Assembly: GCA_022072225.1 (NCBI GenBank)
Contig: JAJVIC010000002.1
Span: 469,086 to 533,085 of the forward strand
Reading direction: 5' to 3'
Length of the DNA: 64,000 nt
Source of the DNA: Bacteroidia bacterium
GTDB taxonomy: Bacteria; Bacteroidota; Bacteroidia; SXHM01
Shown: positions 46,756 through 56,710 of the stretch, piece by piece
How positions within the stretch are numbered: position 1 is the first letter of the stretch
Layout of the letters: each line of letters begins with the position of its first letter
The notes under the pieces: generated by a model
Databases searched by the model: none
Told to the model about the DNA's origin: nothing
Seen by the model: the letters and a program-made list of their open reading frames with translations, nothing else
Position numbers and translations under genes: made by a program

Positions 46756-48417
46756 TTGCTATCTTTGCAGGCTTTTTTTTTAAAAAAATTGAATATCAAT
46801 TTTAGCAATTCCGGGAGTGATTTGTCGACAGGTAAGGAACTTTATGCTTATCAGAAAACTGCTATTGACAAGATTTTTGAGAAACTTGAAAATCATCCCG
46901 AACGTTACAACCTGTTGTATCAACTTCCAACAGGAGGAGGCAAAACCGTAATCTTTTCTGAGATTACCAGAAGATATATTCAACAAACCGGAAAGAAAGT
47001 TTTAATTCTTACACACCGTGTTGAGTTGTGCGCTCAAACTTCGCAGATGCTCAATGAGTTTGGTGTTATCAATAAAGTCATTAACAGCGAGGTGAAGGAA
47101 CTTCCCGTTCCGAATGATTTCATGTGTTTTGTGGCTATGGTTGAAACACTTAATAACCGTTTACGCGATAAAATTCTTGATTTGGACAATGTAGGTTTAA
47201 TGATTGTGGATGAGGCACACTACAATTCGTTTCGCAAACTTTTCAAATTTTATGAAAAAGGGGTAATGCTTGGAGTTACAGCCACCCCGCTTAGTTCAAA
47301 TATTAACCTTCCTATGAATGAGGTATATGACGAGTTGATTGTAGGCGAGTCAATTTCTTCATTGATTAAAATGGGTTTTCTGGCTCGCGCAACAACTTAC
47401 AGTTATCATGTGGGTTTAACTTCTCTTAAAATAGGTGTTAACGGTGATTATACTGTAAGTTCTTCTGAACGCTTATACAATACACATGTTATGCAAGACA
47501 AGTTGTTGGCGGCATATAAAGACGTTTGTTTGGGAAAAAAGACTTTGATTTTTAATAATGGAATTCATACTTCACAATATGTTTATGAAACTTTTAAGCA
47601 GGCAGGTTTTGAAATAAAACACCTTGATAACACACACACTGCAAGCGAACGCAGAAAGATCTTGGATTGGTTTCGTGAAAAACCTGATGCTATTTTAACT
47701 TCTGTAAGTATTTTAACAACGGGCTTTGACGAGCCTACGGTTGAATGTATTATTCTTAATCGTGCAACACGATCGCTGACGCTATATTTTCAAATGATTG
47801 GTCGCGGATCGCGCGTTATACCGGGTAAAAATGAATTTACTGTTGTTGATCTTGGAAATAACCTCAGTCGTTTCGGACTGTGGGAAGCGGATGTAGATTG
47901 GGCCACTATTTTTCGTGTACCGGATCTATATCTTTCAAATTTACGCAGCGATGAAGAAATTGAATTGCATTATCGCTACGAAATGCCTGCTGATTTACGC
48001 GCAAAATTCAGTAAATCAGAAGTAATTGATTTTGATATTAAAGAAGCACACAAAGAGGCGTTGCGCCAAAAACAGCGACCTAAAGTTGTAATTGAACAAT
48101 CTATTGAGCAACATGTTGGAATGTGCGTTGAAAATAGTTCGGATGTTGAAAGTGCATTAGAACTTGCACAATTATTAAAAGAAGAAATTGATTTTCGGGT
48201 GCGTGTTTACACCCGTTGCTTGGGTAAGGCTTCGCCAAGTTACGTTACCTGGTTGCAGGATGATTATTTTCGTAAACTCAAACAGCAGATAGTACGATTG
48301 GGCTCACCCGTTATTGAAACTCATGTTCAGGAAATAGTGGAAGAGACGGAACCCCTGGACATTCCTTCAAGTAATAGCATAGACGAAACTCAGGAAGAGC
48401 TTAATACTGACTTTTAA
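46756..48417 (+). CDS. SF2 DEAH-box helicase (true start possibly TTG 46822)
   Basis: YQ, LPTGGGKT, DEAH, TATP, LTTGFD.P, QMIGRGSR. Confidence 0.9.
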   Translation: MLSLQAFFLKKLNINFSNSGSDLSTGKELYAYQKTAIDKIFEKLENHPERYNLLYQLPTGGGKTVIFSEITRRYIQQTGKKVLILTHRVELCAQTSQMLNEFGVINKVINSEVKELPVPNDFMCFVAMVETLNNRLRDKILDLDNVGLMIVDEAHYNSFRKLFKFYEKGVMLGVTATPLSSNINLPMNEVYDELIVGESISSLIKMGFLARATTYSYHVGLTSLKIGVNGDYTVSSSERLYNTHVMQDKLLAAYKDVCLGKKTLIFNNGIHTSQYVYETFKQAGFEIKHLDNTHTASERRKILDWFREKPDAILTSVSILTTGFDEPTVECIILNRATRSLTLYFQMIGRGSRVIPGKNEFTVVDLGNNLSRFGLWEADVDWATIFRVPDLYLSNLRSDEEIELHYRYEMPADLRAKFSKSEVIDFDIKEAHKEALRQKQRPKVVIEQSIEQHVGMCVENSSDVESALELAQLLKEEIDFRVRVYTRCLGKASPSYVTWLQDDYFRKLKQQIVRLGSPVIETHVQEIVEETEPLDIPSSNSIDETQEELNTDF

Positions 48418-48419
48418 TT

Positions 48420-49256
48420 TCAGTATTTCCCTATCACATCATTATTAAATACTTCCATTAATTTTGCTGCTTCCGATAATTTATCAGAAGGCACAGGCAC
48501 ACGCACCTGTTCGTTGGTTTGTCCTCTGCGTGTGTTCCAAACAACAGTAAATTCAAGTATCTGCGGATTTTCGTCTTGCAACAGTTCTAACTTTGAAAGC
48601 GTTTTGTTTTCATCGTTCAGTGTGTGATATGTTCCGTTTATTAAAATTGATTTTGCGGAAATAACCACATCCCCGGGTTTTGATGAATTTGCTTTCAGGG
48701 CATTGTAAGCAATGATAAAACGGATGAATGTAATTAATCCGCCAATGCTAAGACTACTGATGAATGCTGCAAGATGTCCCATGTCACGGTAACTTGCCAG
48801 TAGCCAGGTTCCTAAACCTACCAGTATCAGCCAAAGAACCAATGCCTCTCGTATGCGAAAGTTGAACTCCTTTTTTGTAAAAGCCTTCCATTCTTCATCA
48901 GAATAAGTCCAGTGGGCAAGCAGTGTGTTTTTATCAGCGAAAGGTTTTTCAGCTTGTTCGCGAACAGACTTTACGGCATCATCAATGTTTACCGGATTTT
49001 TAATTGCCTGTGCCAGTTCCTGTTCATCGCGTGTTGTATCTTTAATTTTTTTCTTCGCCCCGAAAAACATGGTAACTCCGCCATAAAGCATCATGCCTCC
49101 TGAAATAGCTAAAACCCATAGCACACCGCGAATCCAATTGTCCATTTCATCGCCAGACAATGCACCCGATAAACCGATAATAGAACAGCATAGCCCAAGA
49201 AGTGCAATAAATAGTGCAAGAGCCATTGAAATTGCCTGACCTGTGTTGTTTGCCAT
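48420..49256 (-). CDS. Hypothetical membrane protein (4 TM)
   Basis: Likely start MANNTGQ at 49256, avoiding overlap with next gene. Confidence 0.75.
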   Translation of the reverse strand: MANNTGQAISMALALFIALLGLCCSIIGLSGALSGDEMDNWIRGVLWVLAISGGMMLYGGVTMFFGAKKKIKDTTRDEQELAQAIKNPVNIDDAVKSVREQAEKPFADKNTLLAHWTYSDEEWKAFTKKEFNFRIREALVLWLILVGLGTWLLASYRDMGHLAAFISSLSIGGLITFIRFIIAYNALKANSSKPGDVVISAKSILINGTYHTLNDENKTLSKLELLQDENPQILEFTVVWNTRRGQTNEQVRVPVPSDKLSEAAKLMEVFNNDVIGKY

Positions 49257-49281
49257 TTGTTGAATATCTTGCACCAAATTT

Positions 49282-49770
49282 ATGATTAATATTTCCGACC
49301 TCAAACAAGCAGCCTCAAACCGTAAGGAAGAACACAAAAAACTTCTTGCCGTTTTGAAAAAGAAAAACAGCAGTGATGTGGACAAAGTATTTCAACGTTT
49401 ACATGATGAAGCGTTTGAAAAGATTGATTGCCTGCAATGTGCCAACTGCTGCAAAACAACCAGCCCTATTTTTTATCAGCGCGATATTGAGCGATTGGCA
49501 AAGCATTTTCGTATTCGCCCTTCGGAGTTTATTGAACAGTATTTACACATTGACGAAGACAATGATTATGTGCTGAATTCTGCGCCTTGCCCGTTTTTGG
49601 GTGATGATAATTATTGCAGTGTTTACGATAGCCGTCCGACAGCCTGTCGCGAGTATCCGCATACCGACAGAAAAAGAATTCAGCAGATTTTTAATTTGAC
49701 TTTAAAAAATGCTTCGGTTTGTCCCGCTGTGTTTGATATTTTAGAGAAGATAAGAACAGCAAAGCCGTGA
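49282..49770 (+). CDS. YkgJ-family CxxCxxCC cysteine-cluster protein
   Basis: CLQCANCC, PCPFL, CSVYDSRPTACREYP, CPAV. Confidence 0.92.
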   Translation: MINISDLKQAASNRKEEHKKLLAVLKKKNSSDVDKVFQRLHDEAFEKIDCLQCANCCKTTSPIFYQRDIERLAKHFRIRPSEFIEQYLHIDEDNDYVLNSAPCPFLGDDNYCSVYDSRPTACREYPHTDRKRIQQIFNLTLKNASVCPAVFDILEKIRTAKP

Positions 49771-50462
49771 AACTTATCACCACTTCAGACGGTTCGCATT
49801 CGGTTTTTTCTGAAAAATTCAATGCCGATTACCATTCCAAGCATGGAGCTATTCGAGAATCGCAACATGTTTTTATTAAAAGCGGACTGCACTACTTTCT
49901 GCAAAATAATCAACCCGAAATGTTACGGATTTTTGAAATGGGTTTTGGTACAGGATTAAATGCCTTTCTCACGTTTCTTGAAATGAAGGACAGTAGTGTG
50001 AATATTGAATACACTGCTGTTGAACAATTTCCTCTGGAAGAAGAAGTTTATACTTCACTAAATTATGCAGAACTATTAGAAGCGGAGACCCGGAAAAATG
50101 ATTTTCTGAAAATGCATCAATGCGAATGGAACGGCTTTTGTACTATTTCCTCAAAATTCGCGTTAAGAAAAATAAATGCACAGATTCAAATGTTGAATTA
50201 CGACCGGAAATATAATCTCATTTTTTATGACGCGTTTGCTCACAGTGCTCAACCCGAATTGTGGGAAACTGAAATTTTTGCTCAGCTTATCAATACAATG
50301 GAGCAGGGAGGAATACTTGTTACTTATTCTGCAAAAGGACAGGTGAGAAGAAACCTGCAGGCAGCAGGTTTTCAGGTTGAACGTATTCAGGGACCTCCCG
50401 GAAAACGCGAAATGCTTAGAGCAATTAAACCTCTATCTTTGCACGGAAAAATCAACGAATAA
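49767..50462 (+). CDS. mnmD: Stand-alone MnmC methyltransferase domain (mnm5s2U34)
   Basis: TSDGSHS, YHS.HGA..ES.HVFI, EMGFGTGLN, YDAF, QPELW, GPPGKREM. Confidence 0.88.
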   Translation: MKLITTSDGSHSVFSEKFNADYHSKHGAIRESQHVFIKSGLHYFLQNNQPEMLRIFEMGFGTGLNAFLTFLEMKDSSVNIEYTAVEQFPLEEEVYTSLNYAELLEAETRKNDFLKMHQCEWNGFCTISSKFALRKINAQIQMLNYDRKYNLIFYDAFAHSAQPELWETEIFAQLINTMEQGGILVTYSAKGQVRRNLQAAGFQVERIQGPPGKREMLRAIKPLSLHGKINE

Positions 50463-50465
50463 CGA

Positions 50466-51476
50466 ATGGTTTACGAATTTACGAATAGCTTAAAAAAAAC
50501 TCTGAGTCTCTGTGCCTCCGTGGTATTCGTCCTTATATTTTCAGCAAACGCACAACAAAATAAAACCGATGAAAAAGGTCTGAAACAAGGCTTGTGGAAA
50601 ACCTATCACGAGAATGGTAAAGTGAAATACGAAGGAGAGTTTAAAGACAATGTTCCCGTTGGTTTGTTTCGTCATTACTACGAAACAGGACCATTAAAAA
50701 TGACCGCCAATTATTTCAATAACGGTAAATCAGCTTCTACTTATGTGTATTACCCGAACGGGAAAATAGAGGCAGCCGGACTTTATTCAGATCAAAAGAA
50801 AGATAGTCTTTGGCGTTATTACAATGAGCAGGAGCAGTTGATAGGCGAGGAGTTTTATAAAAAAGGAATACAGGATGGCACTTTCAAAACATGGTATGCA
50901 AACGGAAAATTAGTGGAAGAAATAAACTGGAAAAACGGAGTGAAGGAAGGTGTTTGGAAAAAATATTATGAAGACGGAAAAGTTCGTCAGGAAGCATTTC
51001 ACCTGAACGGAAAGTTGGATGGCGATTACAAAATATTTACAGATGAGGGCAAACCGTTTATTGAAGGTAAATACAAGGAAGATAAAAAAGCAGGTATCTG
51101 GTACTATTACACATCAAGCGGTGCGATTGAGAAAATTGAGAAATACCGTGACGGAAATTTATTTTCAGAGCAAATGATGAATGGCAAGAAGGAAGAGTTT
51201 TATAAAAACAATATTCCAAAGTCAAGTGTTAATTACAGTAATGGTAAAAAGAACGGATTATTCAGTGAGTGGTACGAAGCAGGTGAATGGAAAAAGAAAC
51301 TCATCAAAGGCACAGATGAAAAGCCTGATGAATGGGAAGAATATTTAGAAGGACAAGTGCTGAAAAGAACAGGAAAATATGTGAACGACCAGTTGGATGG
51401 TGAAATTATTGACTATAATCCTGACGGAAGTATCTCTAAGAAACAGATGTATAAAGCGGGTGTGCCGGTAAATTAA
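50466..51476 (+). CDS. Exported MORN-variant (YwqK-like) repeat protein
   Basis: Repeats G.WK.YY.NG.L..E..Y.NG; signal peptide ending ANA-Q. Confidence 0.85.
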   Translation: MVYEFTNSLKKTLSLCASVVFVLIFSANAQQNKTDEKGLKQGLWKTYHENGKVKYEGEFKDNVPVGLFRHYYETGPLKMTANYFNNGKSASTYVYYPNGKIEAAGLYSDQKKDSLWRYYNEQEQLIGEEFYKKGIQDGTFKTWYANGKLVEEINWKNGVKEGVWKKYYEDGKVRQEAFHLNGKLDGDYKIFTDEGKPFIEGKYKEDKKAGIWYYYTSSGAIEKIEKYRDGNLFSEQMMNGKKEEFYKNNIPKSSVNYSNGKKNGLFSEWYEAGEWKKKLIKGTDEKPDEWEEYLEGQVLKRTGKYVNDQLDGEIIDYNPDGSISKKQMYKAGVPVN

Positions 51477-51477
51477 A

Positions 51478-52560
51478 ATGGCAAAAGAAAAAGTTTTAGT
51501 AGCAATGAGTGGCGGACTTGACAGTTCGGTTGTGGCTTTAATGCTGCACAACGAAGGCTATGAAGTGATTGGTATTACCATGAAAACATGGGACTACGCT
51601 ACTTCGGGCGGAAGCAAACGCACTACCGGTTGTTGCAGTCTGGATGATATTAACGATGCGCGTTTATTGGCAGTAAACTGCGGTTTTCCACATTATATTT
51701 TGGACATACGCAGTGAGTTTGGTGATTATATTATTGACAATTTTGTAGAAGAATATCTTGCAGGAAGAACGCCCAATCCTTGTGTGCTTTGCAACACACA
51801 CATCAAATGGGATGCGCTGTTGAAACGTGCTGATAAACTCGGTTGCAAATACATTGCCACCGGCCATTATGCGCAGGTAAGGCAGGAGAACGGACGCTAT
51901 GTTGTTTCAAAAGGTTTGGATGAGAACAAAGACCAGAGTTACGTGCTTTGGGGCTTGAGTCAGGAAAGTCTGGCGCGAACTATTTTTCCGTTGGGTAAAT
52001 ATCATAAATCAGAAATACGCCTATTGGCGTTGGATAGCGGATATACAGAACTGGCAAAGAAAAGCGAGAGTTACGAAATATGTTTTGTGCCCGATAATGA
52101 CTATCGGGGTTTTCTGAAACGCAAAGACCCCGGTTTGGAAGAACGTGTAAAAGGCGGCAACTTTGTAAACCGCGATGGCAAAGTGTTAGGCAAACACGAA
52201 GGCTACCCTTTTTATACCATTGGGCAGCGCAAAGGATTGGAGATTGCATTGGGACATCCGATGTATGTTACGGAAATTATTCCCGAAACCAACACAGTTG
52301 TTTTAGGCGAAAAAGAAGAATTGGAAAAACGCGAGATGTTGGTGAAAAAAGTGAACCTAATTAAATATGCTTCATTGCCCGAAGGATTTGAGGCACTAAC
52401 CAAAATCCGTTACAAAGACAAAGGAATGCTCAGTACCCTTACCCACGAAGGCGATTTGCTGAAAGTGGAATTTTACAACAATGTAAGTGCCATTGCACCC
52501 GGACAAAGTGCCGTATTTTATGAAGGTAATGATTTGCTCGGAGGCGGCTTTATCAAATAA
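51478..52560 (+). CDS. mnmA: tRNA 2-thiouridine(34) synthase
   Basis: AMSGGLDS, TPNPCVLCN, ATGHYA, KDQSY, ICF, YTIGQRKGL, PGQSAVFY. Confidence 0.98.
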   Translation: MAKEKVLVAMSGGLDSSVVALMLHNEGYEVIGITMKTWDYATSGGSKRTTGCCSLDDINDARLLAVNCGFPHYILDIRSEFGDYIIDNFVEEYLAGRTPNPCVLCNTHIKWDALLKRADKLGCKYIATGHYAQVRQENGRYVVSKGLDENKDQSYVLWGLSQESLARTIFPLGKYHKSEIRLLALDSGYTELAKKSESYEICFVPDNDYRGFLKRKDPGLEERVKGGNFVNRDGKVLGKHEGYPFYTIGQRKGLEIALGHPMYVTEIIPETNTVVLGEKEELEKREMLVKKVNLIKYASLPEGFEALTKIRYKDKGMLSTLTHEGDLLKVEFYNNVSAIAPGQSAVFYEGNDLLGGGFIK

Positions 52561-52592
52561 TCCTTAATTTGGTGCACAGAATTCGGGCATAC

Positions 52593-53306
52593 ATGAAGCA
52601 AATTTATACTTACTTCTTCCTTTCTGTTTTGGCACTCAATATGGTTTCGTGTAGCGAAGAAGTGCAAACCTCGCCTTACATGGGTTATGAATATTTCCCG
52701 GATTCTGTCGGACACTATATTATTTACCGTGTGGATTCAATCTGGACGGATGATGCTTTTAACCGCAAAGACACCTATGAGTTTGGTTTGAAAGAATATG
52801 TAGAATCAAGATTTTTAGACAATGAAGAACGTCCTTCGCAACGTATTGAACGGTATAAAGATTTCAATGCAGAGCCTTATAATTTCAGCAGCATCAGCGA
52901 TGTGTGGTTTGCAACGCGCACCGCTGCGCGTGCTGAAAAGATTGAAGAAAATGTTCGCTACGTTAAACTGATATTTCCTTTACAAAACAATGAAGAATGG
53001 AATGGAAATGCTTTTAATACACTCGAAGATTTTGATTTGGATTACCGGATGTACAATGTTCATCAACCTTTTACAGATACGTTGACAGGAATTACTTTTG
53101 ATTCAACCGTTACTGTTTTGCAGATTGACAGGGATGTAGTTTATGGTGACAGAATTTATTCGCTCGAGGTGTATGCTAAAAACATTGGTTTGGTTTACAA
53201 AAACTATTCAAATATAAATGTTCAACCTGATACAGCTGCGCAGGATTTAACCGAAGATTATGGTGCAGCTTTCAAATTTCATTACCTCGAACACGGCTAT
53301 GAGTAA
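52593..53306 (+). CDS. Hypothetical lipoprotein
   Basis: Lipobox MVSC; EYFP, EEWNGN, EVYAKNIGLVYK. Confidence 0.82.
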   Translation: MKQIYTYFFLSVLALNMVSCSEEVQTSPYMGYEYFPDSVGHYIIYRVDSIWTDDAFNRKDTYEFGLKEYVESRFLDNEERPSQRIERYKDFNAEPYNFSSISDVWFATRTAARAEKIEENVRYVKLIFPLQNNEEWNGNAFNTLEDFDLDYRMYNVHQPFTDTLTGITFDSTVTVLQIDRDVVYGDRIYSLEVYAKNIGLVYKNYSNINVQPDTAAQDLTEDYGAAFKFHYLEHGYE

Positions 53307-54978
53307 AAGCCTTTTTCTTTTCTTGTCTTTTATCACTATCAATTCATCTTTCTGCATTTCACAAATTGCACCTTCTCGTTATTGGATAAAATTTTCGGAT
53401 AAAAACGGAAGTCCCTTCAGCGTTAATGCACCTGAACAATTTCTTTCACAGCGTGCTATTCAGCGCAGGGTGGCACAGAATATTGCTATTGTTGAAAATG
53501 ATATCCCTGTTAATCAAACCTACATTGATGCCGTTGCTGCTACCGGTGCTCAGATTTTAAACCGCAGTAAATGGCATAATTCAGTTACTGTTCTTTCAAG
53601 CGATTCAGCACAGATTGATGCTATTAATGCCTTGCCTTTTGTGGCGAGTGTAAATGCAGTTGCCTTGGCTCAGCACCCTGTTGTTGACCTGCGTAACAAG
53701 TTTGAACCACAAACCGATAACGTTTATAAAACAGAAGTGGCATCGCCTTCCATAAGCAATGCTGATTACGGTATGGGGCTAAACCAGATTGATATGCTGG
53801 GCGGTATTGCCTTGCACGAAGCGGGGTTCCGTGGCGATGGTGTTTTGATTGCCGTGTTAGATGCCGGCTTCTACAATGTAGATATTCTTACAGTGTTCGA
53901 TAGCCTGAGGAACGAAAACCGTATTGTTGCCACCCGCGATTTTGTAGATGGCGACCTCAATGTATATCACGCCAGCACCCACGGTACAATGGTGCTTTCC
54001 ACCATGGCAGGCAACAGTCCGGGACAACTTATAGGCACTGCGCCAAAGGCTTCTTATATGTTATTGCGAAGTGAAGATGCTGGTTCTGAGTACCTGATTG
54101 AAGAAGTGAACTGGGCTTCGGCTGCCGAGTTTGCCGACAGTGCAGGAGCGGATGTTATTAACTCTTCGCTTGGCTATACTGAGTTTAACGATGCTTCGCA
54201 GAATCATGCTTACAGTGACATGGATGGTAATACAACTCCCGTTACCGTGGCTGCCGATATTGCCGCTTCCAAAGGTATTGCGGTGATAAACAGTGCAGGC
54301 AATGAGGGTGGTTCACCTTGGTTTCATATCAGTGCGCCATCTGATGCCGATAGTGTTTTGGCAATTGGTGCAGTGGATGAATTCGGACAATACGTTAACT
54401 TTAGTGGGAAAGGTTATTCTTTTGACGGTCGGATAAAACCAAATGTTGTGGCACAAGGAAAAGATGCTGCGATTGTTAATTCCAACACCGGTGAAATTAT
54501 GACGGGTAACGGCACTTCGTTTTCAGGGCCAATTGTTGCAGGTATGGTTGCCTGCCTGTGGCAGGCCAACCCAACACTTAATAATATGGAATTATTGCAT
54601 GCAATTGAACAAAGTGCTCATCAGTATAACAACCCCGATTCATTAATGGGATATGGTATTCCTAATTTTTCAATTGCCAACTTAATTCTTTCTGATAATT
54701 TGCCTGCTGACCTGAGTAAAGACGAGTTACTTACCGTTTTTCCAAGTCCCTTTGAGGGCGATATTACGGGTATATTTTATTCAGCACTTGATCAACCTAC
54801 AGAGGTTCGCCTTACTGCTGTTGACGGGCGCACTATTTATTTTGAAGAAATATTCTGCCGCAAAAATACTTCGAGTATTTATCGTTTGTCACTGCTGCAG
54901 AATTTGGCACAGGGAGCTTATACTTTCAGTGTCACTACTCCAGAAAGGGTATATTTCAAAAGAGTTTTGAAGAGATAA
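53299..54978 (+). CDS. S8 (subtilisin) serine peptidase with T9SS CTD
   Basis: VLDAG, THGT, SAGN, GTSFS catalytic motifs; VFPSPF...LAQGAY CTD. Confidence 0.93.
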   Translation: MSKSLFLFLSFITINSSFCISQIAPSRYWIKFSDKNGSPFSVNAPEQFLSQRAIQRRVAQNIAIVENDIPVNQTYIDAVAATGAQILNRSKWHNSVTVLSSDSAQIDAINALPFVASVNAVALAQHPVVDLRNKFEPQTDNVYKTEVASPSISNADYGMGLNQIDMLGGIALHEAGFRGDGVLIAVLDAGFYNVDILTVFDSLRNENRIVATRDFVDGDLNVYHASTHGTMVLSTMAGNSPGQLIGTAPKASYMLLRSEDAGSEYLIEEVNWASAAEFADSAGADVINSSLGYTEFNDASQNHAYSDMDGNTTPVTVAADIAASKGIAVINSAGNEGGSPWFHISAPSDADSVLAIGAVDEFGQYVNFSGKGYSFDGRIKPNVVAQGKDAAIVNSNTGEIMTGNGTSFSGPIVAGMVACLWQANPTLNNMELLHAIEQSAHQYNNPDSLMGYGIPNFSIANLILSDNLPADLSKDELLTVFPSPFEGDITGIFYSALDQPTEVRLTAVDGRTIYFEEIFCRKNTSSIYRLSLLQNLAQGAYTFSVTTPERVYFKRVLKR

Positions 54979-54982
54979 TAAA

Positions 54983-56710
54983 TCAGGGTTTAGTCTTCGT
55001 TTTAAACTCAGCTTCGGTTATATCCTCATCATTCATAAAATAAAATACACCACCCCAGTTATGCACTACCTTAACATAGGTGGTTTTGTAATTACTTTTA
55101 ATAATGGTAATGGTGGTTGTTTTCTTTTTCCCGTCATCAACCGTTTCTTCAGTTCGTGAGTCGGGTAGGGGAGTATAGTAATCTTCTTTGGTTTTTTTCT
55201 TGGCTTCTACATTTGCGTAGTTCTGTTGGCGTGTTTTTTCTTCTTCCTGAGCTCGCGCTATTGCAGCTTTCTTACGTTCTTCTTCTATAAGTCTTGCGGC
55301 TTCCAATCGCTTTTCTTCAGCTTCTGCTGCTTTAGCAAGAATTTCTTTTTTACGAGCTTCCTGTTCAGCTCTGGCAATTTCAATTTGTTTTAATTCTTCT
55401 GCTTTACGAGCCTCTTCTGCTTTGCGAGCCTCTTCCGCTGCTTTGGCTGCTGCAGCTTTTTTAGCTTCCTGCTCGGCCTGCGCAGCTGCAATACGTTTTG
55501 CTTCTTCTTCAGCTGCTGCTTTGGCTGCTGCTTTGCGAGCTTCTTCCGCAGCCTTTGCTTCCGCAACCTTTTTTGCTTCTTCTTCAGCACGTATTTTTTC
55601 AGCTGCTTTGCGAGCCTCTTCGGCCTTGCGAGCTTCTTCTGCTTTACGGGCTTCTTCTGCTAATCGTACCTGTTCAGCAGCTTTGCGAGCTTCTTCTGCG
55701 ATTCTTGCTTCTTCTGCTATACGTTTTTCCTCAGCAGCCTTTGCTTCTGCCAAAAGTCGTTTTTCTTCGGCAAGTTTTGCCGCTGCAATTTTTCGTTCTT
55801 CTTCAGCTTTTGCCTCAGCTGCTTTACGTGCTTCTTCTGCTGCTTTTGCTTCAGCCATTTTGCGCTCTTCCGCAGCCTTAGCTTCTGCTTGTTTTCGTTT
55901 TTCTTCTTCAGCTTTAGCTTCAGCAAACTTTCGTTTTTCCTCTTCCAGAGCGGCAGCAGCTAAGCGTTTCTTTTCATCTTCTGCAGCTTGTTCAGCAGCT
56001 TTTGCTTCAGCAAATTTGCGTTTTTCTTCTTCCTGTGCGGCAGCAGCTAATCGCTTTGCTTCCTCTTCTGCTGCTTTAGCTGCTGCTTTTAATTCAGCTT
56101 GTTTCTTTGCTTCTTCAGCAGCAGCAGTTGCCTCTGCTGCTTTTTTCGCTTCGGCTTCGGCCTTTTCCTGTGCCGTCTGTTGTGCCTGTGCCTGTGCCAG
56201 AGCAACCTGTTCTTCTTTTGCCTTTTGTTCTATTTGTTTCTCTACTTCTTTTATTTGTGAAAGAATAGATTTAGTATAATCAGTATCGTAACCAAAACCA
56301 TCTAACTCTTCCATGTATCGGTACATGGCAACCGGCTGATTGAAAATTACAATGTTTACTCCGTCATACTGTTTGAAAATTTCTACAAAAAACTCAACAG
56401 GGTCAAAACCTTCATCAATTAGATCCTGCGGAGCACGGGTATCTAAGGCAATTTTTTTAATAATGTAGCCAGGCTTTGAAAAAGTAAGTACATAGTCGGC
56501 ATTAAACTCAAGATCTAATGCAAATTTTGAACCTTTGATAGCTACCGTTTGGACAACTGATCCGTTTTTTGCAACCGAAATAGTAGCACCTTCCGAGTTG
56601 CCGTCATCAATCTTAAACTTTCCCTGTACATCTAAAGTTTGTGCAAACGAAGCCTCATAGAAGATAACTGCAGTTAACAACAAGAGAGTGCGACAAAAAA
56701 TGCTTTTCAA
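54983..56710 (-). CDS. Exported protein: beta-sandwich N-domain, long Ala/Glu/Lys stalk, WGGVFYF C-terminal domain
   Basis: Signal peptide ending SFA-Q; YVLTFSKPGY; EEARKAAE repeats; TTG start. Confidence 0.88.
   Translation of the reverse strand: MKSIFCRTLLLLTAVIFYEASFAQTLDVQGKFKIDDGNSEGATISVAKNGSVVQTVAIKGSKFALDLEFNADYVLTFSKPGYIIKKIALDTRAPQDLIDEGFDPVEFFVEIFKQYDGVNIVIFNQPVAMYRYMEELDGFGYDTDYTKSILSQIKEVEKQIEQKAKEEQVALAQAQAQQTAQEKAEAEAKKAAEATAAAEEAKKQAELKAAAKAAEEEAKRLAAAAQEEEKRKFAEAKAAEQAAEDEKKRLAAAALEEEKRKFAEAKAEEEKRKQAEAKAAEERKMAEAKAAEEARKAAEAKAEEERKIAAAKLAEEKRLLAEAKAAEEKRIAEEARIAEEARKAAEQVRLAEEARKAEEARKAEEARKAAEKIRAEEEAKKVAEAKAAEEARKAAAKAAAEEEAKRIAAAQAEQEAKKAAAAKAAEEARKAEEARKAEELKQIEIARAEQEARKKEILAKAAEAEEKRLEAARLIEEERKKAAIARAQEEEKTRQQNYANVEAKKKTKEDYYTPLPDSRTEETVDDGKKKTTTITIIKSNYKTTYVKVVHNWGGVFYFMNDEDITEAEFKTKTKP

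Noticed and set aside
46756..48417. Helicase as part of a restriction or anti-phage system
   Set aside because: No methyltransferase, nuclease domain or other defence genes adjacent
50466..51476. YwqK-like protein as an antitoxin of a TA system
   Set aside because: Exported MORN-variant repeat protein in a tRNA-modification operon, with no adjacent toxin
55422..56279. 285-aa + strand ORF and neighbours
   Set aside because: Antisense shadow of the Ala/Glu/Lys stalk
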